Shown here piece after piece: positions 10,378 to 17,805 of a stretch of 29,573 nucleotides of DNA. The position numbers and the translations under genes were made by a program. Each line of letters begins with the position of its first letter. Position 1 is the first letter of the stretch. This DNA is from a virus (Duplodnaviria; Caudoviricetes): positions 1-29,573 of the IMG/VR virus record IMGVR_UViG_3300032268_000205. The stretch is one strand, 5' to 3'. The notes below the pieces were generated by a model. It worked only from the letters and a program-made list of their open reading frames with translations, had not been told where the DNA came from and searched no databases.

Positions 10378-10731
10378 ATGAAGCTCAACTCAGACGTGGT
10401 ACGCAACTTATACGCTTCTCTGTACTGTTGCTACCCCTTTACCAAGTGGAAAATGCCCCTGCCAGAGGAGGTCGAGTTTATCGTTACGGCTGATCCAGAG
10501 ATAATGGGAACTTACCTCTACGATACTGGGGAAGACTACGAGCATACAGTTACCATCTCATCAGGTCGTTGCGGGCACTACTACACAATGATGACCACGC
10601 TGGCGCATGAAATGATCCACATGAGCTTTTACAGGCAAAAGGGTGACAAGTGGCTACACCACGGCAAGCCATTCAGAGACCGATGCCGCCTAGTAGCCAC
10701 AGAACTGGGCTTCGATCCCTTGGAGCTTTGA
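10378..10731 (+). CDS. SprT-like zinc metallopeptidase
   Basis: TLAHEMIH (HExxH) followed by HGKPF (third His ligand). Starts 2 nt after the upstream stop. Confidence 0.75.
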   Translation: MKLNSDVVRNLYASLYCCYPFTKWKMPLPEEVEFIVTADPEIMGTYLYDTGEDYEHTVTISSGRCGHYYTMMTTLAHEMIHMSFYRQKGDKWLHHGKPFRDRCRLVATELGFDPLEL

Positions 10732-10819
10732 TACCCAAAGGTATATATTTTGTATATACGTTTATGCCCATATGTATAAAAATGTCCTATTTGTGTACAC
10801 AATGAGATACATATTTTTT

Positions 10820-10892
10820 TTTACAAAATGCCCCGTTCGGTAACTTTTGTGTAATTAACTACACATTTCTTTACAAATGCACCGTTCGGTAA
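10820..10892. repeat. Two imperfect 23-24 bp direct repeats
   Basis: TTTACAAAATGCCCCGTTCGGTAA (10820-10843) and TTTACAAATGCACCGTTCGGTAA (10870-10892). Confidence 0.8.
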
Positions 10893-10894
10893 AT

Positions 10895-10920
10895 AAAAAA
10901 GGTTGCAAAAAGCAACCTTT
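10895..10920 (-). terminator. Intrinsic terminator of the leftward operon (possibly bidirectional)
   Basis: AAAGGTTGC-AAAAA-GCAACCTTT inverted repeat with a U-run on the minus strand, between convergent genes. Confidence 0.7.
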
Positions 10921-10939
10921 GGGTACTGATTGGAACTGA

Positions 10940-11068
10940 TTACTTTTGCTTGGGTTTAAACAACTCTTCCCAAGATGACACTACTACGTTGTACCAAAAC
11001 TCATAAGACTCTTTAGTACGCTCGCTTAGTTGTTTGAAATTCTTGTACTGCTCTTCAAATGTAAACAT
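10940..11068 (-). CDS. 42-aa micro-protein MFTFEEQYKNFKQLSERTKESYEFWYNVVVSSWEELFKPKQK
   Basis: Below the ORF-track cutoff. RBS AGGAGA precedes the ATG and a terminator follows the stop. Confidence 0.75.
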   Translation of the reverse strand: MFTFEEQYKNFKQLSERTKESYEFWYNVVVSSWEELFKPKQK

Positions 11069-11086
11069 GGTTTTCTCCTAAGTTTA

Positions 11087-11101
11087 TGTTGCGGTGCAAC
11101 A
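11087..11101. promoter_or_regulatory. Palindromic operator TGTTGC-GGT-GCAACA (PhaR-like TGC-N3-GCA core)
   Basis: Perfect inverted repeat with a 3-nt spacer, just upstream of the RBS of 10940..11068. Confidence 0.55.
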
Positions 11102-11114
11102 ATTGTACAATATA

Positions 11115-11234
11115 TTACACATTTCTGTGGTAAACATCTTTAGGGTTATTAAGCATTGATTTAATAAGCTCATCCATATTAAAGAAGTATTGAATAACTT
11201 TTATACCTTTATGGGTATAAATGGTGAAGCTCAT
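11115..11234 (-). CDS. 39-aa hypothetical protein (MSFTIYTHKG...)
   Basis: ATGA overlap with the upstream gene; co-oriented with the operon. Confidence 0.65.
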   Translation of the reverse strand: MSFTIYTHKGIKVIQYFFNMDELIKSMLNNPKDVYHRNV

Positions 11235-11377
11235 TTAGTAGCAATCAGATAAGCGCCATAATTGGCAAAACAGTAACCAGAGTACATACAAGCAAGCCCC
11301 ATATTACCTTTAAGGGCTTGCTCTAGTGCTATGTAAGCATAGATCAAGCCAGTAACGATGATGAGGTTAGAACTCAT
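11231..11377 (-). CDS. 48-aa two-TM membrane protein (paralog A)
   Basis: MSSNLIIVTGLIYAYIALEQALKGNMGLACMYSGYCFANYGAYLIATK; ATGA overlaps on both sides; paralog at 14045..14191. Confidence 0.75.
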   Translation of the reverse strand: MSSNLIIVTGLIYAYIALEQALKGNMGLACMYSGYCFANYGAYLIATK

Positions 11378-11514
11378 TTTTCTACGATTCCTTTAACCAT
11401 TCCAGCAACAATAGCAAACAAAATCTCTCCTACAATAATTGCCCAAAACAAATTAAAGTACCAGCTAGGAGCATCAAAATGATCTAATAAGAAATAACCA
11501 ATCAGGTATATCAT
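11374..11514 (-). CDS. 46-aa membrane protein (MIYLIGYFLL...)
   Basis: Hydrophobic; ATGA overlaps on both sides. Confidence 0.65.
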   Translation of the reverse strand: MIYLIGYFLLDHFDAPSWYFNLFWAIIVGEILFAIVAGMVKGIVEK

Positions 11515-11738
11515 TTTATAGTCTTCTTAGTTACTTTTTTGGTAACTGCCCTTTTAGTGCTGGGTTGAATAGATATTTCAGCTTCATCGGGTCTAACTTT
11601 GTACTCATCAACTGCTTTGGTAAGCATAGCAACAATACCCCATTGGACGAGGACTTCGAGTCCTCGCTTATCAAACTTAACCTCAGCGTTGGCTGAACCA
11701 TCTTTATTCTCCTTGATTATCTTGACCGCTATCTCCAT
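11511..11738 (-). CDS. Hypothetical protein
   Basis: ORF track; start moved to the ATG at 11738, which follows GGAG. Confidence 0.7.
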   Translation of the reverse strand: MEIAVKIIKENKDGSANAEVKFDKRGLEVLVQWGIVAMLTKAVDEYKVRPDEAEISIQPSTKRAVTKKVTKKTIK

Positions 11739-11952
11739 CGTCATCTCCAAAAGTTAATACTGGTTTATCTAAAGCCTCTAATGCCCACGTCAAATACTGC
11801 CTGACTTCTTCTACATTTTCTCCACCCGCCGTGGCTCTGCAATGACCCATAGGCTTGCCAAGTTGGTCATAATAAACTTCTCTGATTTCAATGTATCGTT
11901 CGTCTTGGCACTCCTCCGCCACCATCTCAACTAACCGTAGATTCCATGTCAT
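11704..11952 (-). CDS. Hypothetical phage protein (WNLRLV..IREVYYD..ALDKPVL)
   Basis: ORF track; motif pattern common in small phage proteins. Confidence 0.75.
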   Translation of the reverse strand: MTWNLRLVEMVAEECQDERYIEIREVYYDQLGKPMGHCRATAGGENVEEVRQYLTWALEALDKPVLTFGDDDGDSGQDNQGE

Positions 11953-12097
11953 CTTCGTTCACCTTTGTATAAACTGTTTCGGTTATTTGCAAAACATACT
12001 GTATGTCGTTTAAACTTAGTTGCCCCAGCAGCTGGAGAATCTTGACTACCGCAATGTCGTTATCTAAGGGTTGCGGTTTTACTATATGTTCAATCAT
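11927..12097 (-). CDS. 56-aa hypothetical protein (MIEHIVKPQP...)
   Basis: RBS GGAGG and ATGA overlap with the upstream gene. Confidence 0.65.
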   Translation of the reverse strand: MIEHIVKPQPLDNDIAVVKILQLLGQLSLNDIQYVLQITETVYTKVNEDDMESTVS

Positions 12098-12261
12098 TTG
12101 TCCTCCAATAAGTCTTTTGCTGATATACCACGCTCTTCTAGAATTTTTCTCATCTTTTCTAGTGCCCTTTTTTGAATGTCACCTACAGTACTCTTATTGA
12201 GAAGCATTGCCTCAGCAATGCTTTCCTGAGTCATTTCATATTGATCTTTTGAATAATTCAT
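12094..12261 (-). CDS. 55-aa sigma70 region 4-like HTH protein
   Basis: MTQESIAEAMLLNKSTVGDIQKRALEKMR fits the sigma region 4 HTH pattern; RBS AAGGA. Confidence 0.7.
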   Translation of the reverse strand: MNYSKDQYEMTQESIAEAMLLNKSTVGDIQKRALEKMRKILEERGISAKDLLEDK

Positions 12262-12273
12262 TTGATTTCCTTA

Positions 12274-12552
12274 TTAGTTTGGTGGCGGGAACTTGACTGA
12301 TACCATTTCCAAGAGTTCCTCTTCTGTCGTTTGAAAGGTGCGCTCAAACAACTTTCTACCCAGTCCGTGAATACTGGAATTTCCTCGGTGATGCTCCGTG
12401 CAGAGCGGGATAACAGGAGACTTGCTTCGTATGCCACCTCGTCTAATGTGATGGATTTCCGCTGGAGTCCCCTCGTAACCGAGCTTGTGGCAGAGCGCAC
12501 ACCCGAATTCCGCAATCTTTCTAAAGTGATCTTTTTCATCTTTGGTTGCCAT
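12274..12552 (-). CDS. Ref-like (RecA-dependent) HNH-type nuclease
   Basis: CALC..AEIHHIR..VIPLCTEHHRG..IH. Confidence 0.75.
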   Translation of the reverse strand: MATKDEKDHFRKIAEFGCALCHKLGYEGTPAEIHHIRRGGIRSKSPVIPLCTEHHRGNSSIHGLGRKLFERTFQTTEEELLEMVSVKFPPPN

Positions 12553-12561
12553 GTTTAAACG

Positions 12562-12828
12562 TTACTTAATGCGTTTGGCTATTTCACGCTGGACGTACCA
12601 AACCGCCTTGCGTAAGTCTTCAACCGCATTGTTTTTCTCGTCTGCCCGCCATATGTATTTCATAGCGTTGCCAAGATTAAATCCCATGTGCTCGGTAATC
12701 TGAATGCACTCTACCCCCGATGGGTGGGTGGTGTAGTGCTTAGGGTGGTTTACAGGGTCGTGCTTGTGCGCAAGAGTATTATCAACAGAATCCATCCAAC
12801 CGCCAAAAGGTACAGGCTCTTTTTCCAT
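12562..12828 (-). CDS. DUF3310 / SaV-like protein
   Basis: DPVNHPKHY..ECIQI..GFNLGNAMKYIWRA..EDLRKAVWY. Confidence 0.85.
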   Translation of the reverse strand: MEKEPVPFGGWMDSVDNTLAHKHDPVNHPKHYTTHPSGVECIQITEHMGFNLGNAMKYIWRADEKNNAVEDLRKAVWYVQREIAKRIK

Positions 12829-12924
12829 TTAGTCCTCGTAGTAAATGATAAATAAAACATAAAGAAAGAAAGACGTTACAACAAGCCCTATCAGGGCAAA
12901 AAAAGTTAGCAGAATTGTGATCAT
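12829..12924 (-). CDS. 31-aa single-TM peptide (MITILLTFF...)
   Basis: Fills the gap between neighbours exactly; ATGA overlap. Confidence 0.55.
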   Translation of the reverse strand: MITILLTFFALIGLVVTSFFLYVLFIIYYED

Positions 12925-13238
12925 TTGTTCACCAAAATAACGACTAACAACGCAAAGGCAAGCACCATTTTGTATGTAAAACTGAGCCAGTATTGCCTTT
13001 TAAGCATTTCTGGATCTCCAATAAGGTAAGACTGTAGCCTTAACATATCAGTATCTTCCTCCACATACTTGGGCGGTTGATAATACTTCCCTATTTGAAT
13101 ACCAGTAGATGTCATGTAGGGTGTGTAACTAGGACTAGACTTTAACAAAGTTTTTTTAGAAACTTTCTTTGAAACACTTTGGAACACATCTTTTAAAGCC
13201 TCTGCGTTTAAACGATCTTCAGTTGTAAATGTTGTCAT
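12921..13238 (-). CDS. Hypothetical protein with C-terminal TM helix
   Basis: RBS GGAGGAG before MTTFTTEDR; hydrophobic C-terminus. Confidence 0.7.
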   Translation of the reverse strand: MTTFTTEDRLNAEALKDVFQSVSKKVSKKTLLKSSPSYTPYMTSTGIQIGKYYQPPKYVEEDTDMLRLQSYLIGDPEMLKRQYWLSFTYKMVLAFALLVVILVNK

Positions 13239-13666
13239 CACTCCTCCAGTTGTTTGCCACATTTAAAAAGTACTTCTTTAGGTACTAAGAAAGCTTTCTT
13301 AGGAGATCTGTCACCAGTCCCAATAAAGTCAACGTACTGCATCTTTTGCTGGAAAATACAATTCACGATACTCATAGGCTTGATCAGCATAAATACGTGG
13401 TCATCATAGAATAGCCAGTAGTCCGCAGTCGTAGTGATCAGGGCAGAGGCTTTGCCATTCATCTCAATCTCAACAACAATGTTGCCTGTTTCGTTGCTCA
13501 TCGGGTCGTACTTCACCTCCACCGATTTATGCAACTCAGGTATCCATATGTCGTAGCCTTTAAATGCCTCAATCAAACTAGCTGAGGGATATTTTTTGCG
13601 TATCACTTCCAAGGCTTTTCTTTCTATAGCCTTGCCACGCTCAAGGTCTTGATGAAAAGTGTTCAT
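13238..13666 (-). CDS. PD-(D/E)XK restriction-endonuclease-fold protein
   Basis: E..YDIW..VEVKYD..TGNIVVE..ADYW. Confidence 0.65.
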   Translation of the reverse strand: MNTFHQDLERGKAIERKALEVIRKKYPSASLIEAFKGYDIWIPELHKSVEVKYDPMSNETGNIVVEIEMNGKASALITTTADYWLFYDDHVFMLIKPMSIVNCIFQQKMQYVDFIGTGDRSPKKAFLVPKEVLFKCGKQLEE

Positions 13667-13875
13667 TCCTTTTGCGCCTTTTCCTTGGTGTTATTCACAA
13701 TAAGATAAACTTTTTCCCCTTCAATCTTGCGACCAGTAACCCATTCTTCTTTTGGGTCTTCAATCATGTGTTCACGCAACGCAATGCGAATAGCTTCTTT
13801 CTCACACCTAGCTTCTACTTCATATAACAACGTATTAAGTTGAGTTTCGTATAAAAGAACTTCGTATTTGTTCAT
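13663..13875 (-). CDS. Hypothetical protein
   Basis: ORF track; ATGA overlaps. Confidence 0.7.
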   Translation of the reverse strand: MNKYEVLLYETQLNTLLYEVEARCEKEAIRIALREHMIEDPKEEWVTGRKIEGEKVYLIVNNTKEKAQKE

Positions 13876-14048
13876 TTTTTATATACCTGTTGTAATTTAA
13901 TTTCAAGCTCACCGTTTGCTATTTTTGTTAAATACATTCTTAAGGCAGAAGATACAGTCAAGCCATTTGCTTGTAATATTTCTTGAGCATCATTAAATAT
14001 TTTTTTATTAACTCGAACCCTGACCATTGCATCTAACAGATTCTTCAT
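13872..14048 (-). CDS. 58-aa RelB/DinJ-like ribbon-helix-helix protein
   Basis: MVRVRVNKKIFNDAQEILQANGLTVSSALRMYLTKIANGE resembles the RelB/DinJ N-terminal DNA-binding domain; ATGA overlaps on both sides. Confidence 0.7.
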   Translation of the reverse strand: MKNLLDAMVRVRVNKKIFNDAQEILQANGLTVSSALRMYLTKIANGELEIKLQQVYKK

Positions 14049-14191
14049 TTAGCCACCATCATATAAGCACCAAAGTTACCTATTACGCTTGAAAAATAGC
14101 AGACTGCCAATGGGGTATTTCCCTTAAGGAATAAGTCAACCGCAAGGCAGGCATAGATAATCCCAAGAACAATGATTAGCGGTATGCTCAT
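14045..14191 (-). CDS. 48-aa two-TM membrane protein (paralog B)
   Basis: MSIPLIIVLGIIYACLAVDLFLKGNTPLAVCYFSSVIGNFGAYMMVAK; 23/48 ungapped identity to 11231..11377. Confidence 0.75.
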   Translation of the reverse strand: MSIPLIIVLGIIYACLAVDLFLKGNTPLAVCYFSSVIGNFGAYMMVAK

Positions 14192-14340
14192 AATAAGTAG
14201 TACCCCGCCATAAACGCATTTGCAATCACCTTAAAGGTTAATCCCATTAGGAATAACCCAATAAAAAATCCAAAAATAAGTACAAACCAAAGGGCAACCG
14301 TGCAGGCAAAATCCCAAAGGGTTTCTAATAATGTTTTCAT
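14188..14340 (-). CDS. 50-aa membrane protein (MKTLLETLWD...)
   Basis: Hydrophobic; ATGA overlaps on both sides. Confidence 0.6.
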   Translation of the reverse strand: MKTLLETLWDFACTVALWFVLIFGFFIGLFLMGLTFKVIANAFMAGYYLL

Positions 14341-15266
14341 AGTAGCTCCAATGATGGTTGTTTTAGTCTTTCTTTTTGTAATGCTTCATACTCAGGGTTC
14401 AGCTCGCTGCCAAGGTACAGCCTGTTTAAACGCTGTGCTACGGCAGCCGTAGTTCCTGATCCCATAAAAGGATCTAGCACAATGTCTCCTACTTTGGTAC
14501 TTGCAAGAACGCAAGGCTCAATTAACTCAGGCGGGTATACGGCAAAATGAGCACCCTTAAATGGCTTGGTAGTAACAGTCCATACAGACCGCTTATTAGC
14601 CATCTCGTAGCTCTTTTCTAGTCCCGAATGGGGACTAAGCCCTGATCCCTCGTTGTGGTACTTGCCATCACTTCTGTCCCTAGTTCCCCAGTCCTCTTTA
14701 ACAGGCTCTTTAATAGCCTCGTTGTCAAAGTAATACTTGGAGTTCTTAGATAGCAGAAAGATATATTCATGGCTCTTGGTGCAACGATCCCGCACAGACT
14801 CAGGCATAGGATTAGGCTTGCTCCAAATGATGTCTTGACGTAGATACCACCCGTCCGCTTGCAAGGCAAAGGCGACCCGCCAAGGGATTCCTATAAGGTC
14901 TTTTTCCTTGAGTCCAGCCTGTTTATTCCCACGTCTAGCACACACCTGCGGTAGGTCTTGAAGATTGTTAGAAACAGTTTGCTTAACCAAAGCCTGACCC
15001 TTGCCACCCCTGTAGTTATAGTAACTATCGCCAAGGTTTAACCAGACCGTTCCATCCTCCGCCAGAATGTCTTTAACCCGTTTAAACACATCGACTATAG
15101 CCGCCACGTATTCATCGACTGTTTGCTCAAGACCAATCTGACCATCAACCCCGTAGTCTCGTAGCCCAAAATAGGGTGGAGAGGTGACACAAGTTTGCAC
15201 CGTGATGCCTTGCTTGTGCCATTCCTCCATGATGGCACGGCAGTCCCCGAACTCAATGCGGTTCAT
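14337..15266 (-). CDS. DNA amino-methyltransferase, beta class (m4C or m6A)
   Basis: Catalytic TSPPY precedes SAM-binding LDPFMGSGTT; IIWSKPNPMPES and HFAVYP also present. Confidence 0.92.
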   Translation of the reverse strand: MNRIEFGDCRAIMEEWHKQGITVQTCVTSPPYFGLRDYGVDGQIGLEQTVDEYVAAIVDVFKRVKDILAEDGTVWLNLGDSYYNYRGGKGQALVKQTVSNNLQDLPQVCARRGNKQAGLKEKDLIGIPWRVAFALQADGWYLRQDIIWSKPNPMPESVRDRCTKSHEYIFLLSKNSKYYFDNEAIKEPVKEDWGTRDRSDGKYHNEGSGLSPHSGLEKSYEMANKRSVWTVTTKPFKGAHFAVYPPELIEPCVLASTKVGDIVLDPFMGSGTTAAVAQRLNRLYLGSELNPEYEALQKERLKQPSLELL

Positions 15267-15592
15267 CTTTGATAACCTATTCTGTTGCCGTTGTTATCGT
15301 AGATGTTGCGAGTGCCCTGACTGTTTCGTACTTCATAGCCAATGCGGTTGCCTTCGTTGTTATAAATGCCGTTCTTGGAATCCAAGTTGTAAGGACTGTT
15401 CTCCCAGTTATATTGACTGTTCTTATAGTTGTATTGACTGTTGTCAAAGTTATAAGGACTGTTTTTATAATTGAGTGGGTTGTTCTCCCAACTGGTTTGA
15501 GCGCAGGCTTTAGTAGCAATCAAAGCCATAAAAGAAAGGATTGCCACAGAGATCAATAGCCCCGCAATTAAACCCATGATCCAATCTTTCAT
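15263..15592 (-). CDS. Exported or membrane-anchored protein with five 7-aa Asn/Tyr-rich repeats
   Basis: N-terminal hydrophobic segment ending ACA, then WENNPLN YKNSPYN FDNSQYN YKNSQYN WENSPYN, then 2x IY.N.GNRIGY. Confidence 0.75.
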   Translation of the reverse strand: MKDWIMGLIAGLLISVAILSFMALIATKACAQTSWENNPLNYKNSPYNFDNSQYNYKNSQYNWENSPYNLDSKNGIYNNEGNRIGYEVRNSQGTRNIYDNNGNRIGYQR

Positions 15593-15777
15593 TTCACGTT
15601 CCTTTTCTTTTTAATTGCAACAATTCCTTGAGGCTCTTCCTTGACCCTACGTGCCTCTAGCATTTCGTCTGCCATCTTGTATGCAGTTTTTGCCACGGAA
15701 TAATCTCTAAGACCGCTAGATAACATTCCATTCATTGCAAACATAGCAAAGCAATCCCGCAAGTCTTGATCATTCAT
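15589..15777 (-). CDS. Conserved small phage protein (LRDxFA..AY.MADEMLEAR type)
   Basis: Motif common in proteobacterial phages. Confidence 0.75.
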   Translation of the reverse strand: MNDQDLRDCFAMFAMNGMLSSGLRDYSVAKTAYKMADEMLEARRVKEEPQGIVAIKKKRNVK

Positions 15778-16099
15778 CTTTATGTTCCCTCAAGAACTTT
15801 TCGATGTCATCGCTAACGACTTTGGCAAACGTCTTGCCCGATGGAAACATCATGGTTGCACCCTCGCAGGAGTTGGTAATACGGATAGCCTCGTTTAAAC
15901 CCTGATTGAATCCCTTGTTGAACGGGTCATTTCCTCCAGCCATCCGCATCTTGAATGCCTCCCTTGCCAATTGACCTACGCTAATATCCGATTTTTCCGC
16001 ATACTTTGTGATACGTTCCTTTTCGGATTGCTCAAGGTAAATCGTTATGGAATTGCGCTCGTTAAAAAGGCTCTTCTTCGATCCATTGCTCATAATCAT
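15770..16099 (-). CDS. Ribbon-helix-helix (CopG-like) DNA-binding protein
   Basis: SITIYLEQSEKERITKYAEKSDISVGQLAREAF. Confidence 0.6.
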   Translation of the reverse strand: MIMSNGSKKSLFNERNSITIYLEQSEKERITKYAEKSDISVGQLAREAFKMRMAGGNDPFNKGFNQGLNEAIRITNSCEGATMMFPSGKTFAKVVSDDIEKFLREHKDE

Positions 16100-16472
16100 T
16101 TACCATTTCATCAAATTTTTGTTGGGCATCTCTGTTGCCATTCAGTTCGGTTCGTGAATTGATACCGCAGATTCTATGAATAGCATCTACTGCATCGTCT
16201 TCGCTATCGACCGTTAGCTCGTTTTCTTTTTTAAGCCACAACTGGAATTGGTGAGAGCGACATAGGATGCCCGCTTTCTTAACACGGTTGTCGTAGTGCT
16301 TGGCAGTCTCGTTGTCTTCGATACGTGCCATCGCCACACCATATCGTGCCCCAACAAAATCCCGCATTAACTCATCGGGGATCTCGTCAGGGTGGATATT
16401 AAGTGTCAGTACGAAACCAGTCTTGTCCTGTTTAAGGGCGATCTTGACTGCTTCAAACTGAAGTGCGTTCAT
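16062..16472 (-). CDS. Hypothetical conserved phage protein
   Basis: ORF track; lies in the operon next to the recombination genes. Confidence 0.75.
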   Translation of the reverse strand: MNALQFEAVKIALKQDKTGFVLTLNIHPDEIPDELMRDFVGARYGVAMARIEDNETAKHYDNRVKKAGILCRSHQFQLWLKKENELTVDSEDDAVDAIHRICGINSRTELNGNRDAQQKFDEMVNDYEQWIEEEPF

Positions 16473-16753
16473 TTTTGTCCTAGCATATGTTCAAGGTAAG
16501 AAATGACTGCTTTGTAACCAATAATTTGATGCTCAAGATTAAGAATCTTTATTTCTTGATCCTTAACTATTTCATCCTTAAGAATTCTTACTGGAATGGG
16601 TGGTATGTTTGGCATAGAGCGTAGACTTTCATCAACCTGTTTAAACGCTTTGCTCTTGCTGCCAACTTTTTTAGCAACCTTTCTAGCACGTTTATCTTTA
16701 GAACCCAAAGGTCTGCCACGTTTTTTAGGTAAATTAGAACTCAATATCATCAT
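16469..16753 (-). CDS. Basic protein with AT-hook-like motif
   Basis: KKRGRPLGSKDK; C-terminal coiled coil. Confidence 0.65.
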   Translation of the reverse strand: MMILSSNLPKKRGRPLGSKDKRARKVAKKVGSKSKAFKQVDESLRSMPNIPPIPVRILKDEIVKDQEIKILNLEHQIIGYKAVISYLEHMLGQK

Positions 16754-17018
16754 CCAACTCCTCTGCTTTAGTTTGTTGTGGTTGTGCTTGTTGCTCTCTT
16801 GGCTTTTGCGCCTTGATTTGTAAATAGGTTAAGCCTGACTTAGCAGTCTGTTTCCATCCCGCCAGTTCAACGCTAATCGTTCCGTTGACTACATCGAATG
16901 CGCTAAGATCTAGCACAATCTTGCCACGATAGTCAGGGGCTTTAGGATTGGTCTTTGTTTTGTTAGCAAAGAACGATCCTGTGTTTGGTTTCTCTTCGTA
17001 TGGTTTATCGTAAGCCAT
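16734..17018 (-). CDS. SSB-like single-stranded DNA-binding protein
   Basis: NTGSFF.N..K..PKAPDYRG..LAGWK; acidic DDDIEF tail; adjacent to ERF. Confidence 0.7.
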   Translation of the reverse strand: MAYDKPYEEKPNTGSFFANKTKTNPKAPDYRGKIVLDLSAFDVVNGTISVELAGWKQTAKSGLTYLQIKAQKPREQQAQPQQTKAEELDDDIEF

Positions 17019-17021
17019 GCA

Positions 17022-17633
17022 TCACTCCTTAAATTTAGATTTATATTGTGCAAATGCTTCCTGCACTTGTTTAAACAACTCAGGCTTCTGCGACTTCATT
17101 CTGTCGATGCCCGCCTGATTTTTCTTCCAAAAACCTGACAACTCTTTTAGGTCTTCGCAAGTACTACCAAAGGTAATCAACACCTCCGCAAGTGGTGCAA
17201 GATCGCCATCGGATTCTTTTGGCACTTCTTTTACTACTGGTTTTACTTCTACTGGTGCAGATCCTGTAACCGCATCAAGCGCATCATGCTCAACAATAGC
17301 CAATGCGGTTACATACAGATAACGTCTTTGGTATGTTTCAACTGCGCCGATGTTTTGAACTTCGTGGCAACCCTTTAACTGGGCAGAACCCATAGGTGAT
17401 GTAAACGTCACGCTACTGCCATCATCTGTGTCGTATATAACCATCGTAGCCAAGTCTTCTGTAAAAGAGATAACGTCACACAAGCCATGCTTGTTAAAAA
17501 GCATTTGAATGGATGGCAAAAAGTCACCCAATTCAAAATACTTGTAACCCGCAAACTTATTGTGACCCGACTTTGATAACGACATTGCTTGCAACTCGCT
17601 ACGTACTGCTACTAACTTTTTATAAACTTTCAT
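17022..17633 (-). CDS. ERF-family single-strand annealing protein
   Basis: KSGHNKFAGYKYFELGDF..QNIGAVETYQRRYLY..I.E.D.LD. Confidence 0.88.
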   Translation of the reverse strand: MKVYKKLVAVRSELQAMSLSKSGHNKFAGYKYFELGDFLPSIQMLFNKHGLCDVISFTEDLATMVIYDTDDGSSVTFTSPMGSAQLKGCHEVQNIGAVETYQRRYLYVTALAIVEHDALDAVTGSAPVEVKPVVKEVPKESDGDLAPLAEVLITFGSTCEDLKELSGFWKKNQAGIDRMKSQKPELFKQVQEAFAQYKSKFKE

Positions 17634-17805
17634 TTTCCTCACTCCTTATTCTTTGTATTAATCTATATTGAACACACTTCAACTGACTCATGGCATCACT
17701 TAAAATGTCCAGTCTGTCTTCATTACTTAACTCAAGAAACTCCTCAGAAAAATTAACTGCCACAGATTTTGAGTCTTCATTAGCAAAAACTGAATACGCT
17801 CTCAT
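17620..17805 (-). CDS. Hypothetical protein
   Basis: ORF track; RBS GGAGG; overlaps neighbours. Confidence 0.65.
   Translation of the reverse strand: MRAYSVFANEDSKSVAVNFSEEFLELSNEDRLDILSDAMSQLKCVQYRLIQRIRSEENESL

Noticed and set aside
10820-10892. Possible mini-CRISPR array
   Set aside because: Only two imperfect repeats with a 26-nt palindromic spacer, and no cas genes. The Cas4-like fold at 17802..18689 sits in an ordinary ERF recombination module.
12258-12539. 93-aa same-strand ORF overlapping the Ref-like gene
   Set aside because: Alternative frame of a gene with clear motifs; no RBS.
13238-15266. Type II restriction-modification pair
   Set aside because: Four unrelated small genes separate the two, and both families occur singly in phages. 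A link is possible but unsupported.
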